Shown here piece after piece: positions 1 through 8,468 of a stretch of 28,061 nucleotides of DNA. The notes beneath the pieces were generated by a model that was not told the origin of the DNA, searched no databases, and was given only the letters and a program-made list of their open reading frames with translations. Positions within the stretch are counted from its first letter, which is position 1. Every line of letters starts with the position of its first letter. A program made the translations under genes and the position numbers. Origin of the DNA: Pseudomonadota bacterium (GTDB lineage Bacteria; Desulfobacterota; Desulfobacteria; Desulfobacterales; JBDRRP01); assembly GCA_043825735.1 (NCBI GenBank), contig JBDRRP010000086.1, positions 137,046 through 165,106 of the forward strand, given 5' to 3'.

Positions 1-409
1 TCTTTACAACCGGGAGGACTGGGTGGCCCGGGTCCGGGACCTCACCGGTGGAAAAGGCGTCGATGTGGTCTACGACTCGGTGGGAAAGGCCACCTTTTTT
101 AAATCCCTGGACTGCCTGCGCCCCATGGGGATGATGGTGTCTTTCGGCCAGTCCTCGGGAGGCGTTCCCGCGGTGGATCTCCAGTTGCTGGCCGCCAAGG
201 GCTCTTTGTTTCTCACCCGCCCCAGCCTTATGGCCTACACTGCCAACCGCGCGGATCTGCTGGCCCATGCGGCGGATCTTTTCGATGTTGTGACCAGCGG
301 GGCGGTCTCCATCGCCGTGCGGCAGACCTATCCACTGAAAGCCGCGGCTCAGGCCCATGCGGATCTGGAAGCCCGGCGGACCACCGGTTCCACCATCTTG
401 CTGCCCTGA
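1..409 (+). CDS. qor: NADPH:quinone oxidoreductase (zeta-crystallin/MDR family), 5'-truncated by the window edge
   Basis: Frame is open from the window start. C-terminal motifs GKGVDVVYDSVG, FGQSSG, KGSLFLTRPSL and AHADLEARRTTGSTILLP are typical of Qor. Confidence 0.9.
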   Translation, partial: LYNREDWVARVRDLTGGKGVDVVYDSVGKATFFKSLDCLRPMGMMVSFGQSSGGVPAVDLQLLAAKGSLFLTRPSLMAYTANRADLLAHAADLFDVVTSGAVSIAVRQTYPLKAAAQAHADLEARRTTGSTILLP

Positions 410-461
410 GGGTGTTTATAGGACAACGTTTTGGGAGAGGATCCGCAATTGTGAAGAGACA

Positions 462-1178
462 CTACCTCAGCGTGGGCATCTGGGACATCTCCTGGAGAAT
501 GCGCCGGTAGCGCTCGGCGGCTTGTCCGGAAAGCAACACCGGCGACCACTTTCGGGGGTTGGGCAAGATGGCGGCCAGTCGGGCGGCCTCATCCCTGTCC
601 AGCCGGTCGGCCGGTTTTTTGAAATACATCCAGGCGGCGGCCTCCGCCCCCATGATACCCTCTCCCCAGTCCACGGTGTTGAGATACATTTCAAGGATGC
701 GGCGTTTGGACCACACCGCTTCGATCAGGACCGTGTAATACGATTCAGCGGCTTTTCTCAGCAGGGTGCGGCTCTGCGGTAAAAACACCGTTCGCGCCGT
801 CTGCATGCTGATGGTGCTTGCTCCCCTGAGGCGTTCGCCGGCGGCCATTTCTTCGACGGCATTCTTCAGCTCGATGACGTCAAACCCCCGGTGCTGAAGA
901 AAACGCTGATCCTCTCCGGCAAAAACGGCCTGTTGAAGCTGCGGGTTGATGCGCTCCAGCGGCCGCCATACATAGGCCGGCGGCCGGGCATCGGGAACGC
1001 CGGCTGCCTGGAGGGCCCGCGCCCATGCGGTTCGGGCGGTAAACGGCGGATTTACGGTGCGCAGCAGCAGCACCTGCCCCACCGTCAGCAGCAGGGCCGC
1101 CACGATGCTGATTGCCACCGCGATGAACAATCGATGATACCACGCGCGCGTCTTTTTTTTAATTTTCCGTTTGGCCAT
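462..1178 (-). CDS. mtgA: Monofunctional biosynthetic peptidoglycan transglycosylase
   Basis: N-terminal TM helix; GT51 motifs EDQRFLQHRGFD, RGASTISMQTA, RKAAE, KRRILEMYLN and LAAILPNP. Confidence 0.93.
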   Translation of the reverse strand: MAKRKIKKKTRAWYHRLFIAVAISIVAALLLTVGQVLLLRTVNPPFTARTAWARALQAAGVPDARPPAYVWRPLERINPQLQQAVFAGEDQRFLQHRGFDVIELKNAVEEMAAGERLRGASTISMQTARTVFLPQSRTLLRKAAESYYTVLIEAVWSKRRILEMYLNTVDWGEGIMGAEAAAWMYFKKPADRLDRDEAARLAAILPNPRKWSPVLLSGQAAERYRRILQEMSQMPTLR

Positions 1179-1507
1179 AGGATGTCAGCTTATTTCTAAA
1201 TGCACCCGGTATCGCACGGGCATCAGCGTGTTCGTGGTATCCGGCATGCTGGTCCTTGGGTGGCGGTTGGTTTCTGAAATGAGTTTTGAGCTGACTATAC
1301 CAGAACCCCGGTGTTTTATGAAGCACTGTCGGCCTTTACGGGTAAAGACAGAACGCTTCGGAAAACCGCAAGAATCGGGTTGCCGGGGCGGGCGCGATGG
1401 CTTATCAGAAAGACTTTAAACGCCAATCGATTGCCGTCGGCGGGCTGGGTTGAACCCGCATCAGCGAGGGTATTGCCCCGTAGTTTGCCGGGGGGGAGGG
1501 CAAATTA

Positions 1508-1623
1508 GTGCCCATCCATAAATACCCCGCCCCTTGCGGAAGGGGGCAGGGCGGGTTGTCACCCTCACCCCGGCCCTCTCCCATCAAGGAAGAGGGAGCA
1601 AGCGGCTTCCCATGGATGCACAC
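1508..1623. repeat. MITE-like element family C, copy 1
   Basis: Terminal inverted repeats gtgcccatccat / atggatgcacac, flanked on both sides by aaatta (1502-1507, 1624-1629). Internal ccctcaccccggccctctccc palindrome. Matches 2826-2971 in inverted orientation. Confidence 0.8.
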
Positions 1624-1671
1624 AAATTAGAATACCGGCCTAAGTGACGCCACTAATGGGGAAAATTTATC

Positions 1672-2538
1672 ATGACCACCATGGAGCAGCTCTGTGACGA
1701 CTACCAGCGTGTGGAAAAAGCCATCGCCTATCTGGAAAGTCACGTGGCACGGCAACCCTCGCTGACGGATATCGCCGCCAGTGTTCACCTCAGCGAGTAC
1801 CACTTCCAGCGTCTGTTCAGCCGCTGGACCGGCATCAGCCCCAAACGGTTTCTGCAGTTTCTGACCGCAGAGTATGCCAAGTCCCTTCTCAATGAATCCC
1901 CCAATGTGCTGGATGCGGCTTTTGATGCGGGGCTGTCCGGGTCCGGGCGCCTTCACGATCTTTTGGTCGTCTGCGAGGCGGTCACGCCGGGGGACGTGCG
2001 TCGCCGGGGAGCAGGGCTAACCATCATCTACGGGTTTCGCCCCAGTCCCTTTGGCCGGTGCCTCATCGCTGCTACAGACCGCGGGATCTGCCATCTCCGG
2101 TTCGTCTGGGATACCGAGCCGGCGGTGCTGGTGGCGGAGCTCACCGGTCGCTGGCCCCGGGCGATGTTCATTGAAGACAACCCCCGTATCGACGCGTTGG
2201 CCGATACCGTATTCGGGTTTCCAGCGGCAGCCGAATCCGCCCCGCTGCATCTTTTCGTAAAAGGGACCAATTTCCAGATCCAGGTGTGGCAGGCCCTGCT
2301 CAAAATCCCCCTGGGGGCGGCCGTCACCTACGAGGACATCGCCCGTCACATCGGCATGCCCCGGGCCGCACGGGCCGTGGGAAACGCCGTGGGCAGCAAC
2401 CCCATTCCCTTTCTCATTCCCTGCCACCGGGTCATCCGAAAGAGCGGGGTCTTTGGCAACTACGGCGAGGGGCCCCTGCGGAAAAAGGCCATGCTCGGCT
2501 GGGAGGCTGCCATGAAGGCGCGCGGCCGGGCGGCCTGA
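1672..2538 (+). CDS. AraC-type HTH fused to methylated-DNA--protein-cysteine methyltransferase (Ada-like, without the N-terminal Zn domain)
   Basis: LSEYHFQRLFSRWTGISPKRF (AraC HTH), GTNFQIQVWQALLKIPLG, ARAVGNA and the active-site PCHRV motif. Confidence 0.9.
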   Translation: MTTMEQLCDDYQRVEKAIAYLESHVARQPSLTDIAASVHLSEYHFQRLFSRWTGISPKRFLQFLTAEYAKSLLNESPNVLDAAFDAGLSGSGRLHDLLVVCEAVTPGDVRRRGAGLTIIYGFRPSPFGRCLIAATDRGICHLRFVWDTEPAVLVAELTGRWPRAMFIEDNPRIDALADTVFGFPAAAESAPLHLFVKGTNFQIQVWQALLKIPLGAAVTYEDIARHIGMPRAARAVGNAVGSNPIPFLIPCHRVIRKSGVFGNYGEGPLRKKAMLGWEAAMKARGRAA

Positions 2539-2581
2539 CGACCCGGCAAAATGAGCTTGCGTTGCTGTTAGAAAGTCGGAA

Positions 2582-2684
2582 TCTCACGCAACGCCGCTAA
2601 GATCACCAAGTTAACAACCTGATTTCTATAGCAGATGTCATAATAACGTTCCGATTGGTCGGGCGTTGAAGGCGATGCGTTAGA
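2582..2684. repeat. Degenerate hairpin element with an IHF-like site
   Basis: Ends tctcacgca / tgcgttaga. Internal taacaacctgatt (2612-2624) reads AATCAG-GTTG-TTA on the minus strand. Confidence 0.4.
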
Positions 2685-2701
2685 CCAATCATAGCTCCGA
2701 T

Positions 2702-2773
2702 GTCATCCCGGCGAAGGCCGGGATGCGTGCGCCCCGATTCGATCTATGGATGCCGGATCAAGCCCGGCATGAC
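2702..2773. repeat. REP-like palindrome pair
   Basis: gtcatcccggcgaaggccgggat ... ggatgccggatcaagcccggcatgac: two hairpins bracketed by gtcat/atgac. Confidence 0.75.
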
Positions 2774-2825
2774 GACGGGTAGAACCGGGTTGATTCGGAA
2801 CATATTTATGACAACCGCTATAATA

Positions 2826-2971
2826 GTGTCCATCCATGGGAAGACGCTTGCTCCCTTGATGGGAGAGGGCCGGGGTGAGGGTGACAACCCACCGACAACA
2901 AGAGAGTGTCTTATTCCGGTCCCCCCCTCCCCTGTCCCCTCCCGCCAGGGGCGGGGATTATGGATGGACAC
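2826..2971. repeat. MITE-like element family C, copy 2 (inverted, longer)
   Basis: Terminal inverted repeats gtgtccatccat / atggatggacac. Its reverse complement aligns with 1508-1623 at both ends. Confidence 0.8.
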
Positions 2972-3032
2972 CAAATAATCTTTTCCGGTTCTCCAGAATT
3001 CTCCAGTCTTTTCACTGGCAGTTGATTTGCCC

Positions 3033-3066
3033 GGGATCGAAATCGCTATCGGGATCGGGATCGATT
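3033..3066. repeat. ATCG-NN hexamer repeat (family D, half copy)
   Basis: gggatcgaaatcgctatcgggatcgggatcgatt, nearly identical to 11548-11582. Confidence 0.75.
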
Positions 3067-3073
3067 AATACAT

Positions 3074-3604
3074 CTATTGCGGTTTGAGGAATGGCAGACG
3101 GAGATAGCTTCCGAGCAGGCGCGTCAGTCGCCGCAAGGCGTCGAGCTTGACGAAAAGATCGAGCCTCATGAAACGGCGCTTCACCTGGCGGATCTCCCGG
3201 GCCGCGACGGCGGTGTCTCCGCAGAAGGTGGTCAGGCAGACATCCGGTTTTAAATCGTCGGGGAAGATGCAGGGGCCCACACCGTTTTTCAAAAAGACGC
3301 AGTCGGCGGAGTAGAGCAGCGATTCGTTTTCGAGGCAGGCGGCCATCTCGGGGCCCAACCGGGGGTTGAGCGCGAGGATGTAGATGAGATCGCCGCGGCC
3401 GATGATGGCATCCAGGTTTATGTTGCGGCAACAGATGCCGCGGCACTGCGAGGCGCACCTTTCCATCAGCGGCGCGGCTGCGTCGAGGAGTCGGGCTTCG
3501 GCCCCTTGAATGCTTCGGCACAGGGCCGCCAGTTTTTCCCGGTCGTCATCCGCGATGTTCTCGACGAATCGCAGGGCCTGCCGGAAATCGTATCCGATCG
3601 TCAT
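3074..3604 (-). CDS. Cys-rich YkgJ/CxxCxxCC-like putative Fe-S or Zn-binding protein
   Basis: CASQCRGICC ... CVFL ... GPC ... KPDVCLTTFC cysteine pattern. Confidence 0.7.
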   Translation of the reverse strand: MTIGYDFRQALRFVENIADDDREKLAALCRSIQGAEARLLDAAAPLMERCASQCRGICCRNINLDAIIGRGDLIYILALNPRLGPEMAACLENESLLYSADCVFLKNGVGPCIFPDDLKPDVCLTTFCGDTAVAAREIRQVKRRFMRLDLFVKLDALRRLTRLLGSYLRLPFLKPQ

Positions 3605-3819
3605 AATAAAACGGACGACGGCTGAGTTTTTGCCCGCGGTGGTGTTGGTGCCGTCGCTACCAACGATAAACGGGCGTCCTTTTTCGGTTCAGAGTTCAGG
3701 AGAAAAACTGTTTTAAATCTGCGGCGCAGTGGGCCGCATCGCTGTATCCGTTATCATGGATTGGAAATCAAGGGTAGGGGCACAGGCAATTATAGAGCAA
3801 CACCAAAAGCGCAAACCCA

Positions 3820-3850
3820 TTTTCGCGCAGAGACGCAAAGACGCAGAGAA
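3820..3850. repeat. Family A element, half copy
   Basis: tttcgcgcagagacgcaaagacgcagagaa matches the inner left arm of 6652-6838. Confidence 0.7.
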
Positions 3851-3910
3851 CAACAAAGCAATGAAAGCGCAACCTGATCTGCAAGGGTTCAGTGGACGGG
3901 GGCTCTCATC

Positions 3911-3965
3911 CAAGAGCCAAGAGCCAAGAGCCAACAGCTAAGCGCTAAGAGCTGCCCGAAGGGCG
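3911..3965. repeat. Heptamer tandem array plus mini-hairpin
   Basis: caagagc x3, caacagc, taagcgc, taagagc, then gcccgaagggc. Abuts the SLC13 stop codon. Confidence 0.75.
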
Positions 3966-3966
3966 T

Positions 3967-5742
3967 CTAGAACGGCCAGATCCACGGTATCAGCAGCGTG
4001 CCCATCACCAGCACAATGAGGTTTAAGGGCATGCCCAGCTTCAGGTAGTCCGAAGCCCGGTACCCGCCGGGTGCATAGACCAGCAGATTGGTCTGGTAAC
4101 CGATGGGCGTGGCAAAGCAGGCGCTGGCGCCGATGCACACACCGATGACAAACGGGCGCGGGTCAACGCCCAGCTGGTGGGCCAGCGATACGGCGATGGG
4201 AAATATCAGTACGGCCGTGGCGTTGTTGCTGAGGATCTGGGTACTCACGCTGGTCAGGGCGATGATGCCGCCCAGAATTACCATGGGAGGAGCCCCCTGG
4301 AGCAGGTTCAGGAAGGCTTCGGCATAGAGCCGGCTGGTTCCGGTTTTTTCCATGGCCGTGCCCAGGGCGATGGTGCCGGCGATGAGCAGCAGCACGCTGC
4401 CTTGAAGGGCGCGGTAGGCGTCGCGCATCTGCAGGCACCCGGTGACCACCATGAGAAAGCCTGCGGTGAGCGCGGCGATCATGATGCTGACCGTTCCCGT
4501 CGTGGCAGCCACCACCATTCCCGTAAATATGGCCATGGCGATCGATGCTTTACGCTTGTGAACGATCTCGTGATGCACGTCTTCGATGATGATGAAATCC
4601 GGGTCACTGCGCAGCTCGGCCAGCTTTTCCGAAGGGCACCAGACCAGGATGATGTCGCCGTTTTTCAGCTTCGCATCCCGGATCTGCCGCTCGGTGAAGT
4701 GCAGCCCGGCACGTTTGATGGCGATCAGGTGTACGTCGGCATCGCGCATCATGGGCGCTTCCGTCAGCTTCAGGCCCAGCAGCCGGGACTGGGGAGGGAT
4801 GATCATCTCCACCACGACCGATTCGCTTTTTCCCACACCGAAGGAAAGTCCTTTTTCCGACAGGGGCAGCTCCACCGATTTGGCGTTGAGCATGTCCACC
4901 AGGTGGTTGGCCCGGCCTTTCACCAAAAGGACGTCATCGGGGGCGATGGTGGCCGCATCGCGCCCAGGGTGGAAAATGTGGGTGTAGCGGATGAGCTCCA
5001 GCACCTCGAGACCCGGGTAGGCGCCGGAGAAGGGATCCTCCGCGGGTCGGCCGACCAGGGGGCTGCCGGCGACCACCCGCAGTTCGGCCAGGTAGCGGCG
5101 GTGCTCGCCGTCCTTGATTTCACAGGTGGGGTTGGCCAGGGCGGGCATCAGTTTGGGCGCGGCGAACAGCAGCACGGCGATGCCGACCACTACGATGGGA
5201 ACCCCCACCTTGCTCAGCTCGAACATGCTCAGGGCCCCGATGCCGCTCTGGGCGCTCAGATCGCTGATGATGATGTTGGTGGAGGTGCCGATGAGGGTGC
5301 AGGTGCCCGCCAGGATCGAGGCATAGGAGACCGGGATCAGATAGCTTGACGGGCTCAGGCCGAACTCGCAGCACATGGCCATGACCACGGGGATAAAGAG
5401 CACCACTACCGGCGTGTTGTTGATGAAGGCCGATGCCACGGCCACCGTGACGATGATGATAAAAAGCGCCAGCCCCGGGCTTCCCCCGGAATACTGGATC
5501 ACCCTGCGTCCGATGAACTCCACCGCACCGGTGCGCACCATGCCACGGCTGATGAGAAACATGGCCCCCACGGTGATGACCGCCGGGTGGGCGAACCCGG
5601 CCACCGCCTCTTTGGGCGTGAGGATGCCGGCCAGCGATAGCGCGGCCATGACGCCGATGGCGGTCAGATCGATGGGGATCTTTTCCGTGACCAAAAGCAC
5701 CAGCGTGATGACCAGCAGAACCGATACAATCAAGATGTCCAT
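3967..5742 (-). CDS. SLC13/CitMHS-family permease with TrkA-C domains (di/tricarboxylate or sulfate transporter)
   Basis: Motifs SAFINNTPVV, GTCTLIGTSTN, LSNNATA and FATPIGYQTN, with a central soluble region holding two TrkA-C-like repeats. Start moved to the ATG at 5742, which has GGAG 6 nt upstream. Confidence 0.9.
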   Translation of the reverse strand: MDILIVSVLLVITLVLLVTEKIPIDLTAIGVMAALSLAGILTPKEAVAGFAHPAVITVGAMFLISRGMVRTGAVEFIGRRVIQYSGGSPGLALFIIIVTVAVASAFINNTPVVVLFIPVVMAMCCEFGLSPSSYLIPVSYASILAGTCTLIGTSTNIIISDLSAQSGIGALSMFELSKVGVPIVVVGIAVLLFAAPKLMPALANPTCEIKDGEHRRYLAELRVVAGSPLVGRPAEDPFSGAYPGLEVLELIRYTHIFHPGRDAATIAPDDVLLVKGRANHLVDMLNAKSVELPLSEKGLSFGVGKSESVVVEMIIPPQSRLLGLKLTEAPMMRDADVHLIAIKRAGLHFTERQIRDAKLKNGDIILVWCPSEKLAELRSDPDFIIIEDVHHEIVHKRKASIAMAIFTGMVVAATTGTVSIMIAALTAGFLMVVTGCLQMRDAYRALQGSVLLLIAGTIALGTAMEKTGTSRLYAEAFLNLLQGAPPMVILGGIIALTSVSTQILSNNATAVLIFPIAVSLAHQLGVDPRPFVIGVCIGASACFATPIGYQTNLLVYAPGGYRASDYLKLGMPLNLIVLVMGTLLIPWIWPF

Positions 5743-5829
5743 GGTGGACTCCATTGGATGGATGCGAGTTGTGGTTAGCGTTAGTATGTCTGCAACAATA
5801 GGGCTGCCGGGGGTACGGTGCAAGACTGA

Positions 5830-5961
5830 ACCGCGAAGTCACGGAGAACACGGAGTTTTTTTAACCCAAAAAGACGTTCTCGCGCAGAGGCGCGTAGACG
5901 CAGAGAACTGCGGGAAATGAAAGTGCGCGAGTGCTTTTCCCTGCGACGCTGTGCCTCCGCG
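5830..5961. repeat. Family A nested-hairpin element, right-truncated copy
   Basis: Aligns with about 6654-6788 and stops at the TGA of the minus-strand gene ending at 5962. Confidence 0.8.
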
Positions 5962-6372
5962 TCAGTCCTTCGGCTCAGGGTGAAGCCGGCGCTTGCGGGC
6001 GAGCAGCAGCGCGGCTGGCGGGCAAAGAGACACCAGGAAGGCCACCGCCGCCGACATGAGGTTGCCGGTTACCTGAGGCGTCAGCGCCGCCGAATGGATG
6101 CCGTACTGAACGGCGGCCAGCGCCACGAGAAACGGCACAAAGAGCGTCGCGGCGACAAAGAGCAGCACGCGCCGGTTGTTTTTGAGCCATATCCGCATGG
6201 GCAGAATGTAGAGCACCCCTTCTGCCAGAGCCAGCAGTGCCGCGGCCGCGATATCGTCCGACGGTGTGTTCGCGGGGAAGAGGTGCCCGGTGGCCGCGAG
6301 CAGCGCGACCATGATGAGCGCCGTGCCGGCGACTTTGGCGATGCCGGATATGATGGCCGCGAGTGTTTGCAT
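5962..6372 (-). CDS. Small hypothetical membrane protein (about 4 TM helices)
   Basis: Four hydrophobic segments and a basic C-terminus. Likely ATG at 6372; the upstream part of the track ORF lies inside a repeat. Confidence 0.65.
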   Translation of the reverse strand: MQTLAAIISGIAKVAGTALIMVALLAATGHLFPANTPSDDIAAAALLALAEGVLYILPMRIWLKNNRRVLLFVAATLFVPFLVALAAVQYGIHSAALTPQVTGNLMSAAVAFLVSLCPPAALLLARKRRLHPEPKD

Positions 6373-6380
6373 GGTTTCCC

Positions 6381-6525
6381 AAGTTTGGCAAACTCGTAAA
6401 AAGTCTGAAATCACCACAGAGTACGCAGAGAGCGCAGAGATAACTTGTTAATTATTCATAATATTCTCTGCGGTCCTCTGCGGTCTCTGTGGTTCAAAAT
6501 CACTTTTTACGGATTCATCAAGTTT
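6381..6525. mobile_element. MITE-like element family B, copy 1
   Basis: Ends ggcaaactcgtaaaaagt / actttttacggattcatc, with aagttt repeated at both flanks. Internal accacagag / ctctgtggt hairpin around an AT-rich loop. Confidence 0.75.
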
Positions 6526-6651
6526 ACTCAGTGCGAAATTCCTGCGGTGATCCGCCGGTCATGGGTATGCCCCAGTTTTTAAAGCTTGGCAAATGGGGGA
6601 AGTTTACTTAATGTCCACTCGCAAAGAGTCTTCAGCATAAAAAAGCGGATA

Positions 6652-6838
6652 TTCACCACGGAGTTACGGAGAACACGGAGGTTTTTTAACCCAAAAAGAA
6701 TATTTTTCGCGCAGAGGCGCTGAGACGCAGAGAACCGCGGGAAATTGAATTGCACGAGTGCTTTTCCCTGCGCCTCTGCGTCTCTGCGGGAGATATGAAT
6801 TATAAGATCTCCGGGTCTTCCGTGACACCGTGGCTCAA
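6652..6838. repeat. Family A nested-hairpin element, complete copy
   Basis: Outer arms caccacggagttacggagaacacggag / ctccgggtcttccgtgacaccgtgg enclose inner arms cgcgcagaggcgctgagacgcagag / ccctgcgcctctgcgtctctgcgg. Confidence 0.8.
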
Positions 6839-6871
6839 TACTACTATGTCTTGCAGCGGAATTGGGATTCA

Positions 6872-7303
6872 ATGATGTCGGAAAAATTTGATTTTTACCA
6901 GGACCACTCCCTGCGGTTTCTGGAAATGGCATTGACCAGCGAGTATACGGAAATGCCCGCAAAGGCTAGCGGGTATGGGTTCAAGCGTGGCGATTGCGGC
7001 GACGCCGTGGAGATGGCGGTGGTGGTGGAAGACGGCAAACTGTCCGGGGTTGCCTTTGGCACCGACGGGTGCCTCAACACCCGCGCCTGCGGCAGCTGCG
7101 TGGCCCACCTGAGCATCGGCAAGGCTGTCGAAGACGCCTGGGACATCAGCCCGGAAAAGGTTGCAGACTTCCTGGAAACGCTGCCGGAAGGGCATTTTCA
7201 CTGCGCCGAATTGGCAGTGGGGGCGTTTTTCCTGGCGCTGGCCGACTTTCAGCGTACGGGCGGCAAATCCTGGCAGCGGCTGTACCGGTCGCGGTTGAAG
7301 TGA
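6872..7303 (+). CDS. IscU/NifU-N-like iron-sulfur cluster assembly scaffold protein
   Basis: CGD, GC and HCAELA motifs. Probable ATG at 6872 or 6875. Confidence 0.85.
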   Translation: MMSEKFDFYQDHSLRFLEMALTSEYTEMPAKASGYGFKRGDCGDAVEMAVVVEDGKLSGVAFGTDGCLNTRACGSCVAHLSIGKAVEDAWDISPEKVADFLETLPEGHFHCAELAVGAFFLALADFQRTGGKSWQRLYRSRLK

Positions 7304-8468
7304 CCGGTCGGAGAGACTTGCCGGGTCCGTTAATTACGATGGCCGGACCACGCCTCACCCGCTCCAGCCTGCACCGGTCAAGGCGCACCCCGAGTCCTGC
7401 GCCGCAAAGCGGACCGGCCTCACCGTCGGGTCCGCAGGCCGTTTTCATCGCTACCAACTTTTTCTTCGGCCGCAGCGCATATTGGGCCCCGTCCCGGTAT
7501 TTGGCATCTCCACAGAGCAGGTTGAGGGCTCTTTCCGCAGCCAACAGTAAACCGACGTTCTCGTGATGACTGCCGATCTGGTAGTCGATGCCCCGCTTCC
7601 TGAGCATGTCGATGATTTTGAGCGTCCGGTGGAAACCCCCGTTTCGTGACAGTTTGATGTCCACCAGGCGGTAGGGGGTTGATTCGATGAGTTGGCTGAT
7701 GTCGGCCAGGGTCGCTCCTGACCGGCACGCCATCAGCGCAACGCCCATGGACGCCAGTTCGCAGGCGAATGCGCCGAAGCGGGCTTCTGCCAGCGGCATG
7801 GGTTCTTCCACCACACGAACCGGGGCGTGACGAATCATGGGCAGGTGCGTCATGGACAGATCGCCGGTCCAGGATTCCGCCGGGTCGATGCGCAGCTCGC
7901 ACGCCCCGCCGAAGGCGTTCTCGACAGCCGCCATGCGCTTCATGTTCGCGGCCACGTCTCCGTTCATCTGAACCCGCAGGTGCCTGATCCCCATATTGCG
8001 GATGCGACGGCACACGTCTGCAACGCGGCGGTCATCGTTTAAGGTTACGGTCGCCCCATAGCGAACCGTTCCGGTGCCGTGGTGGATTGGAAAATAGGCC
8101 CGGAGGGGCTTGTGTTGAGCATGACCCAGCGCGTCCAGCAGCGCCATCTCGATGGCGCAGATCAGCGGGTTGTCGGCCCGGGTTTCAGGCAGATCGGTCA
8201 CATATTGCCGGATCTGGGAGCTGGCCGTCAGGTGCCACGGGAAGCTGTCGTTTCCAATCAGAGCGAACAGGCGCTCAAGATATTTGCTCTGTGGCGCCGT
8301 CAGGTTCTCCGAGCACAGACGTCCCTCTCCCCAGCCCCGCGAAATCCCACTGCGCTCGCACACTTCTACAAGAAGGTGCATGGCTGGAGATGTTGTGGAC
8401 GGCCCTCGGGAGGGCCAGCCGTTGACGTCCCGCGGCAAAAAGTGGATTTTCAAAGACCCTATGTGCAT
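7146..8468 (-). CDS. Enolase superfamily (muconate cycloisomerase / Ala-Glu epimerase-like) protein, catalytically degenerate
   Basis: GWGEG, AIEMALLDALG, VVEEPM, KLSRNGG and GAGLGV motifs. The ATG at 8468 overlaps the kinase stop by 10 nt. The 3' tail runs 158 nt into the convergent scaffold gene. Confidence 0.75.
   Translation of the reverse strand: MHIGSLKIHFLPRDVNGWPSRGPSTTSPAMHLLVEVCERSGISRGWGEGRLCSENLTAPQSKYLERLFALIGNDSFPWHLTASSQIRQYVTDLPETRADNPLICAIEMALLDALGHAQHKPLRAYFPIHHGTGTVRYGATVTLNDDRRVADVCRRIRNMGIRHLRVQMNGDVAANMKRMAAVENAFGGACELRIDPAESWTGDLSMTHLPMIRHAPVRVVEEPMPLAEARFGAFACELASMGVALMACRSGATLADISQLIESTPYRLVDIKLSRNGGFHRTLKIIDMLRKRGIDYQIGSHHENVGLLLAAERALNLLCGDAKYRDGAQYALRPKKKLVAMKTACGPDGEAGPLCGAGLGVRLDRCRLERVRRGPAIVINGPGKSLRPVTSTATGTAAARICRPYAESRPAPGKTPPLPIRRSENALPAAFPGSLQPFPG

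Noticed and set aside
1405..2978. Short ORFs sharing MGEGRGEGDNPP (1405-1623, 2700-2978)
   Set aside because: These are translations of the family C DNA repeat, not a protein family. The same applies to the AQRRxDAE peptides from family A.
4177..5349. 390-aa plus-strand ORF and similar long antisense ORFs within acnA, dsrK, dsrO and dsrP
   Set aside because: Shadow frames of GC-rich genes with no recognisable motifs.
5830..6838. CRISPR array or integron attC array
   Set aside because: The repeats are long, degenerate and irregularly spaced. There are no constant-length spacers, cas or intI genes, or consistent RYYYAAC/GTTRRRY ends.
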